Source: Leptospira biflexa (GTDB lineage: Bacteria; Spirochaetota; UBA4802; JAGODF01). Taken from it: DNA of 51,605 nt. Shown here piece by piece: positions 35,875-45,620 of this stretch. Position numbers and translations under genes: made by a program. Every line of letters starts with the position of its first letter. The first letter of the stretch is position 1. The notes below the pieces were generated by a model. It made no database searches. It saw nothing but the letters and a program-made list of their open reading frames with translations, and was not told where the DNA came from. The DNA is taken from positions 1 to 51,605 of the forward strand of contig DYLV01000003.1 of NCBI GenBank assembly GCA_020721925.1, given 5' to 3'.

Positions 35875-36219
35875 ATGTATATGAGAAAAGTTATTGTCGT
35901 ATTGGCAGTGTTCGCGTTCTGCATGGTTTTGGGCCAGATTTCCTCAATGGCGGTATGCCCGGTTACTGGCGTGTATGCGAGCGACTGGGGTGATGTGCAA
36001 CTCACCGAGAAAGGAAAGATGGTCACCGGTACCTGGCAAAAAGGCACAGTTTCCGGAATGCGACTGGGGAACACCATCCATTACATCTGGTATGAAGGAA
36101 CCGTAATGGGAGGCAAAGGAGTGTGGACAATTTCGCCAGATTGCCGAACTCTGACCGGACCATGGGGGCATGGCAACAGTGAAACCGGCGGAGGGAACTG
36201 GAATTTGACGAAAAAGTAA
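35875..36219 (+). CDS. Small secreted Trp/Gly-rich beta-barrel protein (avidin-like pattern)
   Basis: AAGGAGG RBS, signal peptide, GVYASDWG..VTGTW..LTGPWG..WNLTKK strands, two Cys in the mature part. Confidence 0.75.
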   Translation: MYMRKVIVVLAVFAFCMVLGQISSMAVCPVTGVYASDWGDVQLTEKGKMVTGTWQKGTVSGMRLGNTIHYIWYEGTVMGGKGVWTISPDCRTLTGPWGHGNSETGGGNWNLTKK

Positions 36220-36266
36220 AGCAGTGTAGAAATAACTATCATTTATGTCAATAATCGTCCGGAGAA

Positions 36267-36301
36267 AAAGGCATATATTGATATAATCAGTATATGCCTT
36301 T
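36267..36301. terminator. Bidirectional terminator-like hairpin
   Basis: AAAGGCATATATTGAT / ATCAGTATATGCCTTT between convergent genes. Confidence 0.65.
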
Positions 36302-36467
36302 ACTTTTGTTCCGCTGAAGCGGGGGTGCTTTATTCATAAAGCGTATCGGCACAGAAGTCCTGACCTCCAGGCCATTGAATGCTCCTAAGCAAAGGCCTGA
36401 CAGAAAAAAAACGGATTTGTCTTTCAGATTATGGAAAATTTCATTATCGAGGTATGGTTGTCTTTCG

Positions 36468-37793
36468 CTATAAGAAAAACCATGTCATCATTGCATACAC
36501 CAGAGGATGCTTTTCCACAAACGAAAGCTCTGAGCTTTTAGATGTCTGTTTAGCCTTCCATGCGTACATGACGGCGCAGGAAAGGTCGATATCCTGATAA
36601 AGGTTGTATTGTATTGAAGGGTTTATAAGGATATATTCCCCTTCGTAATCGTAAATTGTAAAAAGCTCCGCACGCCATAGCGGTGTGATGTCGTACCCGA
36701 GCGCTAATGCCGCATAGTGCCTGTTGAAGGTTAGAAAGCGATTTGCAAGAAGACGAAATGCGGCATCATCGAAACTGTATGAAAGAGACGATACATATGC
36801 GGCTAAAAGCTTCGGCTCGGCATTGAGAGATGCGCGGTTGTAAAAGTATTCCAGCAGAAAATAGAGTCCGAACGAAAAGGTATATTCAAATCCACCATTG
36901 GCGATGATGGTATGCTCAATTATTTCTTCGCGAGTGAAAAGCGCGCTTCCTCTTAATGTGCCGCCGAAGAGGATGAGTGAAATATCACCTCCGTATGCTT
37001 CCCGTTCGGGTAATTTGCCGGCAAGCAAAGAGATTTCCGCAAACGAGATGTTCGTTTTTAATCTGCCGATGACCTTTACATTGCTTGTCGAAAATGACTC
37101 GCTGAAGTCGTCGTTTGACCTTTGGGGGCAGAGGACGGCAGTGATCACCGTTTTGTCGTTTATGAAATATTCGGCGCTTGCGCCGTCGATTCCCTTTTGT
37201 TCGGATGCCCCTTCGAAGTTGAGAGGATTTATGGGATTCAACACGTCAAGCGGATTCCAGAGCCTTCCGCTTCCAAAGCGGAATTGCTGACGGCCCACAG
37301 AAAAGGTGAAGTCTCCCAGAATGGCCTTCGCATATGCCCTATGAATTTTCGCGCGGTACAAATAATCTTCCGTGTATTTTACTTCGTGCGAAGCATGGAA
37401 GAAGTCGTTGTAGTTCTCATAGGGATCCCTCCAGTACACATTGAATTCTCTGCTACGCAAATAATTTCCCGCAATGACTTCATTGTCGAAATCCAGATGG
37501 AAAGTAAGCGAATCTTCAAAATTAAGCTCCGGGGAAAGGCGCACGCGCGTAAGATTAGCCAGGAGGTCTTTCTCTTTTAGGGTTTCAGAGTAGCTGTCCG
37601 TCCTCATCCAGGCGAATAAATCTTTTACGTGTGCGCGTAAAGAAAAGACATCATTTGAGGAGGCAAAGGATTCTTCCTGCGTTGAATCTGTATCGGCATA
37701 AAGTGCTGCGTCGATACAATTAAAAAAAAGCACAATGGATGAAACACATGCAAAAATTTTTTGTTTCAATGACGTCATGACCAACGATGGCAC
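36468..37793 (-). CDS. Outer-membrane beta-barrel associated with the LolA-like ABC system
   Basis: Signal region, VGRQQFRFGSGRLWNPLD motif, alternating strands, aromatic C-terminus. Confidence 0.75.
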   Translation of the reverse strand: MPSLVMTSLKQKIFACVSSIVLFFNCIDAALYADTDSTQEESFASSNDVFSLRAHVKDLFAWMRTDSYSETLKEKDLLANLTRVRLSPELNFEDSLTFHLDFDNEVIAGNYLRSREFNVYWRDPYENYNDFFHASHEVKYTEDYLYRAKIHRAYAKAILGDFTFSVGRQQFRFGSGRLWNPLDVLNPINPLNFEGASEQKGIDGASAEYFINDKTVITAVLCPQRSNDDFSESFSTSNVKVIGRLKTNISFAEISLLAGKLPEREAYGGDISLILFGGTLRGSALFTREEIIEHTIIANGGFEYTFSFGLYFLLEYFYNRASLNAEPKLLAAYVSSLSYSFDDAAFRLLANRFLTFNRHYAALALGYDITPLWRAELFTIYDYEGEYILINPSIQYNLYQDIDLSCAVMYAWKAKQTSKSSELSFVEKHPLVYAMMTWFFL

Positions 37794-37794
37794 A

Positions 37795-38520
37795 TTATCG
37801 TTTTTTTCGCAATGGCGCAGACTTCGATATTTTCCGGATTTTTTGAATATCCGATGATATCCGCCCGTCTATGATATGAATGAGCCGTTCTGCGCGATTC
37901 ATCACCATCGAGTCGTGAGTTGAAAAGAGGAAAGTGATGTTTTTGGTGCGATTGAGATGATGCATGAGATCGATCAGACTTTCTCCAGTCTTCTGGTCAA
38001 GATTTGCAGTTGGTTCATCTGCGAGTACGATGTCGGGCTCCGAAACGATTGCACGGGCAACAGCCACACGCTGCTGCTGACCGCCGGAAAGTTCACGCGG
38101 GAAGCGATCAATTTCAGATCCAAGCCCCACTTCGCGCAACATCGCAGCAGATCTGATTTTGCGCTCATCACGTTTTATTCCCTGAAGGAGAAGCACGTAC
38201 TCTACGTTTTCAAGTGCGGTGAGAACGGGAATGAGATTGTAGGCCTGAAACACAAAACCAATTTTACGAAGCCGCAGTTCGGAAAGCTCTTTTTGTGAAA
38301 GATGTGAAAGATCATTACCTCCCACCATCACTGTGCCATTGCTTGGCATATCGAGCCCCCCGATGAGATTGAGTATCGTGGTTTTTCCGGATCCTGAGGG
38401 GCCGGCTATCGCCGTGAATTCACCTTTGCCGATTATAAGATTTACACCTCTTACCGCAGGAATAGAAATACCGTTGATGTCGTAGTGTTTTATGAGATTA
38501 TGCAGTTCAATGATTGACAT
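37795..38520 (-). CDS. ABC transporter ATP-binding protein (LolD/MacB-like)
   Basis: GPSGSGKT, LSGGQQQRVA, LADEPTANLD motifs. Confidence 0.95.
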   Translation of the reverse strand: MSIIELHNLIKHYDINGISIPAVRGVNLIIGKGEFTAIAGPSGSGKTTILNLIGGLDMPSNGTVMVGGNDLSHLSQKELSELRLRKIGFVFQAYNLIPVLTALENVEYVLLLQGIKRDERKIRSAAMLREVGLGSEIDRFPRELSGGQQQRVAVARAIVSEPDIVLADEPTANLDQKTGESLIDLMHHLNRTKNITFLFSTHDSMVMNRAERLIHIIDGRISSDIQKIRKISKSAPLRKKR

Positions 38521-38535
38521 CAGATTTCCTCCAGC

Positions 38536-39771
38536 TTATATGTGCGATAACGCTTTCACCGGTTCAATCCGTGCGGCTTTCCGTGCAGGAATGATCGCGG
38601 CGCATATTGTGGTGACCATCACAATGATTGTTGCCATGAGCACATCCAAGGCGCGAATGGCTGGATAGATGATGCTTCCACTTCCCATCGCACGCAGGGT
38701 TTGGGCATAGACTGAAAGGTCTATGCCGACGATTGAGAGAAGTGCCATCGCAGCACATCCTGCGGCAATGCCACACACCAACCCGGTAATGCCCAAAAGC
38801 ATCGATTCGAATACGATCATGAAAAAAATCATACGGGGCTCCGTGCCGATTGATTTCATCACGCCGATTTCACAAAATCGCTCCATGATTGCCATCACAA
38901 GTGTGTTGGCGATGGAAAATATGACGGTTATGAAGATAATACAAAAGCTTACATACATCATGGTATCGACAATCGCGATGGAGCGAACCAGATTCGGCGC
39001 CATTTCCTGCCAGGTAAGAACCTCAAGCCCGGCGTTTTGCACGAAAGGGAGGAGTGCTGATTTTATCGCAGTTGATGCACTGCGTTCTTTCAGAGTGATG
39101 GTTATTTCGCTGATTTTATTTCCAAATCCCGCAAGCTCCTGCAGCTTTTTCAGTCCGATGAAAATGGTGTGACGGTCGAAGCTTTCCACGGGGGTGAGAT
39201 AAAGGCCTTTGATGTGTAGAGCAGAGGCTGTAAGCTCGCCTTTTGTATTTTGTATCATGATGATGATTTTATCGCCGGGGGAAAGCTCCAGCACTTCGGC
39301 CAAATTCTTAGAAATCAGCACCGCTTCTTCGTCCGAACTCTCGAGAAAGGAGCCGGTCATCGGTACGATGTATTCGGCCAGATGCGACACCGCGCGCTCC
39401 TTAGAGGGGTCAATACCGGTGATTACCACAGGCCGTGAAGAAGCGCTGGAGCGTGCCATTCCTTTCACTTTGATATGTGGCGCATACCCTTTTTGCGATG
39501 CGGAAAAGCGGCTGATTGCCGTGTACAAAGTTTCAGTGGGCACATAGGAATAGTCGCTTCGAAGAGAGCCCTGAAAGCCTTTCTTCTGGATTGAAATATG
39601 TCCAAGTGCGGTATTGATGGTATTGTCAACCATCTGGGTCATAATGCCGTTTAAAAGTCCCATGGCTGATATCATCGAAAATACGCCAACGGCAACAGAT
39701 GAAATCACAATAAGTGAGCGCCGTTTATGCCGCCAGATGTTTCTCCAGCAAATATGAAAGAGGATATTCAT
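38536..39771 (-). CDS. ABC permease (LolC/E-FtsX-like)
   Basis: WRNIWRHKRRS, ER..EIGVMKSIG, PARKAARIEPVKAL motifs. Confidence 0.92.
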   Translation of the reverse strand: MNILFHICWRNIWRHKRRSLIVISSVAVGVFSMISAMGLLNGIMTQMVDNTINTALGHISIQKKGFQGSLRSDYSYVPTETLYTAISRFSASQKGYAPHIKVKGMARSSASSRPVVITGIDPSKERAVSHLAEYIVPMTGSFLESSDEEAVLISKNLAEVLELSPGDKIIIMIQNTKGELTASALHIKGLYLTPVESFDRHTIFIGLKKLQELAGFGNKISEITITLKERSASTAIKSALLPFVQNAGLEVLTWQEMAPNLVRSIAIVDTMMYVSFCIIFITVIFSIANTLVMAIMERFCEIGVMKSIGTEPRMIFFMIVFESMLLGITGLVCGIAAGCAAMALLSIVGIDLSVYAQTLRAMGSGSIIYPAIRALDVLMATIIVMVTTICAAIIPARKAARIEPVKALSHI

Positions 39772-39785
39772 TGTCGATTCCTTCG

Positions 39786-41027
39786 CTATTGTCGCATCGC
39801 GTCTACGGGAGCAAGATTCATCGCTCTGCGAGCGGGAAACAGTGAAAAAAATCCGCACAGCATAAACGTAAGTAGTGCGGTGATTAGTATATTTTGCACA
39901 GTTGCCACCGCCGGATAGACGGTGGTATACACACCCCAGACAGCGAATTCAGCGGCGAAACGTGAATAGTCGAAAGGATGGTGTTCGACGAAAGCGCTTA
40001 TGCCCAATCCAAGCAGTGTTCCGGTTGTTACGCCGATTGCCGTCATGAGAAGCGACTCGGTCATTACCATATAGAAAATCTGTTTGCGCGAGGTCCCCAG
40101 TGCACGCAGTACGCCGAATTCTTTTGTTCTTTCAAAAACGGACATCTGAATGGTGTTGAGCACGGTGAATGCGACCACCATAAAGAGGATAAATGAAAAA
40201 ATATAACCGGTAACTCTGTCGAGCTCCACAAACTGAACTATTTCAGGAATCAACTTTTCCCATCGGGCGATTTCAAGTGTCCCGGCACTGCGCGAAATTT
40301 CTCTGGCCACTGTGTCGGCATTAGCTTCCTTTGACAAACGAACAACAATCGAAGAAATATTATCGTGCATGGCGAAAGTCTCCATCGCAGTCGTGTGAGG
40401 GAGAAGAATGATGGAGGCATCGTAGACGGGGTTCCCTGTTTTCACAAGGGCGCCGATTTTAAAACGCCCTGCAGCTATGGTGCCGTCGAATGCCTGCGAT
40501 ACCAGATTCACCCATGCGCCAGTTGAAACACCTAAATTTTCGGCAAGAATAGCTCCCAGCATCACGCTGTCGTTATGTTGAAGAGTAAATGGGCTTCCTG
40601 CGGGTAAAGTGTTTTTATGAATTGATATCACGCCTTCAGCTGTGTGTGTTTCGATGCTCTGTACAATGGCTCCTTCTGTGGCACTGCCCGAAGAAAGAAT
40701 ACAGAAAGTTTCAATCCGCGGCGTATATCCAAGTATGGATCCTTTCTGTTTGAGATTATCAAGAGCTGCAAGAAGTGATTTATCAGGAATAAAAGAATAT
40801 TCAAGTGATTTGCTTTCATGGAAATCTTTATCGAAAATCTGCAGATGACCGGCATTTAGCGAAACCGCATCTTCAATCATTGCAGCTGCCCCACCGTAGA
40901 AAAGCGCATTGTTGAAGAGTATCATCCCGCAGCCGACTATTATGGTGGTGAGTGTGAGAAGCGTCCTTCGGCGGTTTCTGCGGAGATTGCGCCAGGCGAG
41001 CGGAAATACCATAATGAAATTGTTCAC
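39786..41027 (-). CDS. ABC permease (LolC/E-FtsX-like)
   Basis: AWRNLRRNRRRT, ERTKEFGVLRALG, PARRAMNLAPVDAMR motifs. Confidence 0.92.
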   Translation of the reverse strand: MNNFIMVFPLAWRNLRRNRRRTLLTLTTIIVGCGMILFNNALFYGGAAAMIEDAVSLNAGHLQIFDKDFHESKSLEYSFIPDKSLLAALDNLKQKGSILGYTPRIETFCILSSGSATEGAIVQSIETHTAEGVISIHKNTLPAGSPFTLQHNDSVMLGAILAENLGVSTGAWVNLVSQAFDGTIAAGRFKIGALVKTGNPVYDASIILLPHTTAMETFAMHDNISSIVVRLSKEANADTVAREISRSAGTLEIARWEKLIPEIVQFVELDRVTGYIFSFILFMVVAFTVLNTIQMSVFERTKEFGVLRALGTSRKQIFYMVMTESLLMTAIGVTTGTLLGLGISAFVEHHPFDYSRFAAEFAVWGVYTTVYPAVATVQNILITALLTFMLCGFFSLFPARRAMNLAPVDAMRQ

Positions 41028-41035
41028 CCGCCCTC

Positions 41036-41788
41036 CTACTTTCTCGTCAGGTTCTGGAGCGTGAAGATCCTGGAAGGAATATGTATATTGAAGGATATTT
41101 CTTTTATTTCCATGACCGTATAGCGGTCTTTGCCTGCGGGCTGCATTTTATACACCGTGGGGATGAGCCTTCCTCCCATAATTTTAAAATCCGAACAGGT
41201 GAGCACCTTGCGGAGTTCTCCATGTTCGCTGTAGAATTCCTGTTTTACTGGCAGAAAATCTGCGGTGCGCGCAAAGTAGAGAATCTTCCCCCATACTACC
41301 GCAGCGTGCTTTCTCGGTGTGAGTTCTACGCGGTACACATGTATTCCGTCGATTTTTTCTGTACCTACAAGCTTATGTGTGTAATCGTGGAGAATACTGG
41401 ATTCCTTCACGATGTCATCATTTGAAAAATCAGAGCCCATCCAGGACTGAAGCATCATCGAAGGAGCGATTTTTACTGTCTGTTGAATTTTTGGAACATA
41501 ATGCCACATGTCGTCGCCGATGAGGAGAAAACGGTTTCCTGCATCTTTCTTTGGCAAGGTGATTTCCGCGAATGAAGTGCGTTTTTTTCTGGTTTCCGTG
41601 TACTTCATCGACATGGTGCGCGTCCATCTCCGCGTTTTGACGGTGATCTCGTAGGTGCCGGTAAGAGAGTTGGCGCGTACGGCCTCTTCAGATTTTTCAA
41701 CAATTTCTCTGCCGCTGATGGAGAAAACAGAGGCGCTTTGGAGAAGAAATATACTCAGAAACAACGCAATGCCCGTCGGTTTCATCAT
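41036..41788 (-). CDS. Outer-membrane lipoprotein-sorting protein (LolA-like)
   Basis: Signal peptide; MWHYVP and SWMGSDFSNDD motifs. Confidence 0.88.
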   Translation of the reverse strand: MMKPTGIALFLSIFLLQSASVFSISGREIVEKSEEAVRANSLTGTYEITVKTRRWTRTMSMKYTETRKKRTSFAEITLPKKDAGNRFLLIGDDMWHYVPKIQQTVKIAPSMMLQSWMGSDFSNDDIVKESSILHDYTHKLVGTEKIDGIHVYRVELTPRKHAAVVWGKILYFARTADFLPVKQEFYSEHGELRKVLTCSDFKIMGGRLIPTVYKMQPAGKDRYTVMEIKEISFNIHIPSRIFTLQNLTRK

Positions 41789-42408
41789 GCCCTGTGCTTC
41801 CTTTCGTATTCTCGCATGTATTCATCAATAAGACGCTTGTTGCCAGCGGGTTCTTCTTCACGGGGGGGGTTCATTTTTCGCACGATGAATTCCGCGACGG
41901 TGCGCACAGGTGCCGTGATGAATTTTTTTATAGAACCGAAAAGTTCACTGAAGAATTGCATCATTTTTTTAAACCTATCGGTTTTCGCACCGGAAGGCCT
42001 GTTCCCGAATTTTTGTATGGTCGCTGAAACTGTTTCCTTCACTGCCTGTGTTGAAGCAGAGGCGGTTTTTACGGTGACTTCGGCTGCCTTCCTGCCATAC
42101 ATGCCGGGAATGGGGTTATGGATTTCTTTTATATACACCCTGGAAGGAGTATAGGCAACGCGTTTAGGAATTCGCCGCCAGAAAAAGAAGCCAGAACTGG
42201 ACTGGGTCGATTTGTCGATAAAGAACAGAATGAGATAGTACACATACATGTAGGCGTTTGAAAAGATTTGGAAAAACGTGACCCAGATGTCTAAGAAAGA
42301 GAGAAGGACTTCGAGCAGCAATTTGAAAAAATCTACCCATTTGTAAAAAAAATTGAAAAAATTATCAATGGCATTATTTGCAAACTGTTTCACAAGAGAA
42401 TAATTCAT
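41785..42408 (-). CDS. Hypothetical membrane-associated protein
   Basis: AAAAGGTGG RBS, aromatic hydrophobic N-terminal helix; ATGA overlap with the LolA-like gene. Confidence 0.7.
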   Translation of the reverse strand: MNYSLVKQFANNAIDNFFNFFYKWVDFFKLLLEVLLSFLDIWVTFFQIFSNAYMYVYYLILFFIDKSTQSSSGFFFWRRIPKRVAYTPSRVYIKEIHNPIPGMYGRKAAEVTVKTASASTQAVKETVSATIQKFGNRPSGAKTDRFKKMMQFFSELFGSIKKFITAPVRTVAEFIVRKMNPPREEEPAGNKRLIDEYMREYERKHRA

Positions 42409-42524
42409 AAGCCACCTTTTTGGCGAAGAGTATCGAACCGCCCAAAAATGAGCGGCTTTTGATAGGAAGTACAGGCAAGGATTTTGGCGTCAATACATTT
42501 TCAAAAAAGTAGAAGTTTTTGAAA

Positions 42525-43937
42525 TTAATCGATATTGATTTCTTGAGAGGGAAGCTTCATATCCTCGTCAATGTCAACCGGTACATCGAACTCATCCGGC
42601 TTTGGATTGGATACAGCATCTGCGGCGCTTTGGGTAGAGAGGTTGGAATCTTCGTCGCTAATATCGATTTTGGGGGGTGATTCTTCAGGAGAAGAAACAG
42701 TTTCGTGTGTTGGTTTTTCTTTTGGTACAGCCGTGTTTGCCTGTGTATGCATCATATCGCGGGATTTGTAAAAATTTGCCCGTGAAAGCAGGATGCTGGG
42801 ATTGCGGACGGTGAGCTGGCCGAAATTGAATTCTAAGTTCGTGTCTTCGAGTAGAAGCCCTGCAGTTTGGTCTTTAATGTTTCCAGTGACGCCGGCAGCG
42901 TGTAAGAGCTCTTCAATGCTGAAATTGATCACTACCGGCTCTTTGCTTTTCAGGGATACATTATCCTGGAGAAGTCTGTTTTCTATGAGAGCGTACACTC
43001 GGGTTATGGGTTTGTTATAGAGCTTAGCTTCAAGATTGAGATAGGTAAACCAGATGCGCTGGCTGATTGCCATAAATATTTTATTGATGATGCCCGGCGA
43101 TTTTGAAAGAACCCATGAAAGTGTTTCTTTGCGAATGGGGAGAAGCGCTGTGCGGCCAATGGAGATGGCGGATGCGTTGCGCGATTTTTCAGAAACGATT
43201 GCGAGTTCGCCGAAGATATCTCCCTCGCGGAGCACGGAAAGAAGGATTTCATTATTGTCACTTACCTTTGTTATCTTCACTTTCCCTTCTTTGATGATAT
43301 AGAGTTCTTCGCCGGGCTCGTTTTCGCAGAATACCATCTGCCCGTCGGGGAAGAGTTTGTATACACCGCTTTTAACCGGATCGGGAAACTTTTTGGCACC
43401 GGATTTGCGCATCTCCTCGATCATCAAACGGGCTGAATCGATTTCTATTCCGTTCGGATAGAGATCAGCGTAGCGGGAGAGAACGTAGAAAGCGTATTTA
43501 TATGCTTTTGCTTTGAAATAATATTCACCCACATTGAAAAGCTTGAGCTCTTCTGGAACCATAGATGAATCCTTTTCTTTCAGCGAGAACATCATTTCGT
43601 CGTACAGGCGCAGTTCTTCGGCAAAGTATCGGATTATTTTTATTGCGATCTCCGGATTTTGTTGAACCAGATAGATAAACCGGGAGCGATTGACCGATAT
43701 TATGACGGTGTCTTTGAGCGCGACGGCGGATTCCATGCGGGGACGACGAATGAGAGCGGTGATAAAACCAAAAATTTCTCCGTCGGTCACAAGCGGCTTG
43801 TATCGCTTGATTTTTTTATTTTCCGTCACCAGTTCAATTGTGCCTCGCTCCACAATGAATACATCGTCGACGTCCTCATCGCCTTCAACATAAACATAGG
43901 CGCCTTTTTTGAACAGGCTTTTTTTCGTATCGCTCAA
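42525..43937 (-). CDS. Protein with two cyclic-nucleotide-binding domains, a TPR-like linker and an acidic tail
   Basis: DGEIFGFI..PRMESA and EGDIFGELA..SRNASA phosphate-binding cassettes. Confidence 0.85.
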   Translation of the reverse strand: MSDTKKSLFKKGAYVYVEGDEDVDDVFIVERGTIELVTENKKIKRYKPLVTDGEIFGFITALIRRPRMESAVALKDTVIISVNRSRFIYLVQQNPEIAIKIIRYFAEELRLYDEMMFSLKEKDSSMVPEELKLFNVGEYYFKAKAYKYAFYVLSRYADLYPNGIEIDSARLMIEEMRKSGAKKFPDPVKSGVYKLFPDGQMVFCENEPGEELYIIKEGKVKITKVSDNNEILLSVLREGDIFGELAIVSEKSRNASAISIGRTALLPIRKETLSWVLSKSPGIINKIFMAISQRIWFTYLNLEAKLYNKPITRVYALIENRLLQDNVSLKSKEPVVINFSIEELLHAAGVTGNIKDQTAGLLLEDTNLEFNFGQLTVRNPSILLSRANFYKSRDMMHTQANTAVPKEKPTHETVSSPEESPPKIDISDEDSNLSTQSAADAVSNPKPDEFDVPVDIDEDMKLPSQEINID

Positions 43938-43945
43938 TGGTTACC

Positions 43946-44497
43946 TCATAGATTCCAGTATACCTGGAGGTTGTTTTTAATGGTATTTTTTATCTCTTCA
44001 CCTTTTAGAATTCCTATAATTTCAAGAGCAAAAGGGATGGCGCAGCCTGCACCCTTTCCTGTGACAATATTTTTATCAGCAATAACAGGCTTATCGGAAA
44101 TAATTGCGCCAACAAGTTCTTTTTCAAATCCGGGATAGCACGTTGCATTTTTCCCTTTTAGTATGCCCGCATGCCCCAGCACCATGGGGGCAGCACATAT
44201 TGCGCCTACGAGTCGTCCCCTAACGTGGAGGCTGCGAATAAAATCACCTACCGCCTTGCTTTGTTTAAGGTTTTCACTCCCCGGCATGCCTCCCGGTAGA
44301 ATTATTGCATCGAATTCATCAGCGGTACACTTCGATAGAGGCATGTCCGCAGTGATGCAAATGTTGTGAGAGCCTTTGACCGATTTTTTTTCAAGGTATG
44401 CGATGACCACCTCGATGTCTGCTCTGCGCAATACATCTATAATCGAAACCGCTTCAATTTCTTCGAAACCTTCCGCAAGAGGAACCAATGCCTTCAT
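43946..44497 (-). CDS. DJ-1/PfpI family protein (YajL-like)
   Basis: GFEEIEA, LPGGMPG, AICAAP motifs. Confidence 0.92.
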   Translation of the reverse strand: MKALVPLAEGFEEIEAVSIIDVLRRADIEVVIAYLEKKSVKGSHNICITADMPLSKCTADEFDAIILPGGMPGSENLKQSKAVGDFIRSLHVRGRLVGAICAAPMVLGHAGILKGKNATCYPGFEKELVGAIISDKPVIADKNIVTGKGAGCAIPFALEIIGILKGEEIKNTIKNNLQVYWNL

Positions 44498-44910
44498 TTT
44501 TCTACTCCTGTATTTTAATTATCGTAAAATGACAGACAATTCGCAAGAGATATTTTAATTGCCATGGACAGAAGTGCAATTCATTTTTCAGCGGATCTTT
44601 GAAAAAACAGGTGGTGCAGAATTGGAGGGATAGTAAAAAAGCTTGCAAAATACCGTATCATGGGTCGAAACTACATATCTGATGCAAGATTCAGAGGTAT
44701 CGTTCAAATTTTGAGGAAAAAAGATATGCGCCGAATTATCTTCTGTGTTATTAGCTCTTATGATAATGACATACTCCATGGGCTGAAAGTGAACACAGCG
44801 GCGATCGGCATTACGTATCGCGGATGAAGCGACTGTCAGAGGGATGAAAACAAATTGCGCTTGAAATAATTAAAGGCGAAATACATATAGTGAATAATTC
44901 TTCGGAACAG

Positions 44911-45546
44911 ATGGTGATGGAGAGCAAAGCGAAAAACAGGGTGAGGAGTTTTGTCACAATCTTTGGGGGGATATTTTTCTTTATTGCTCTGAAGACGTTT
45001 TTGGGGTACGGAACCTTTCTTGCAATACTGCTTGCGTTTTTGGGGTTCATTGCCCTTCGCATTGCCTGGCCGAAAGAAAGGAAAGAGGTTGAGGCAAAAA
45101 GTGAAATTTCGCAAGAAGCGGGTATAAACCCGAGAGAGGCCCAGCGCGTCATCGATGAATGCACCGATAAGGTGCGCGAAATACGCGCGATGACCATCCG
45201 CATCAGGGACAATGCCATCGCAGAAGAAGTCCGCGGCATAGCCCGGGCAGCCATGAATATTGTCGATAATTTTCGCAAAGATCCGAAAGACATCAAGCGC
45301 GCGCGGCAATTTGTGAATTATTACTTGGATGCGACAGTGAAAATCGTCACCCGCTATGTAGAGCTTTCAAACGCGCAGGTGATTACGCCGGAGGTTGAGA
45401 AAAGTCTGAAAAAAGTCGAAGAAATCGTGCAATCAATTCGAAAAACATTCGAAAAGCAGCACGAAATGCTGTTGCAAGACGACCTTTTGGATTTGGATAC
45501 GGAAGTAGAAGTGCTGAAAAAGACGATGAAGCTTGAAGGGATGTGA
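44911..45546 (+). CDS. xpaC: XpaC-like 5-bromo-4-chloroindolyl phosphate hydrolysis family protein
   Basis: Two TM helices, ARQFVNYYLD, DDLLDLDTEVEVL; directly upstream of the telA-like gene. Confidence 0.8.
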   Translation: MVMESKAKNRVRSFVTIFGGIFFFIALKTFLGYGTFLAILLAFLGFIALRIAWPKERKEVEAKSEISQEAGINPREAQRVIDECTDKVREIRAMTIRIRDNAIAEEVRGIARAAMNIVDNFRKDPKDIKRARQFVNYYLDATVKIVTRYVELSNAQVITPEVEKSLKKVEEIVQSIRKTFEKQHEMLLQDDLLDLDTEVEVLKKTMKLEGM

Positions 45547-45620
45547 CATCCTTGTGCGCGCAGGCGATGATGCCGCGCGATTTATATCAGCTTTAGAATT
45601 AAAAAGAATTGGGGGGAAAT

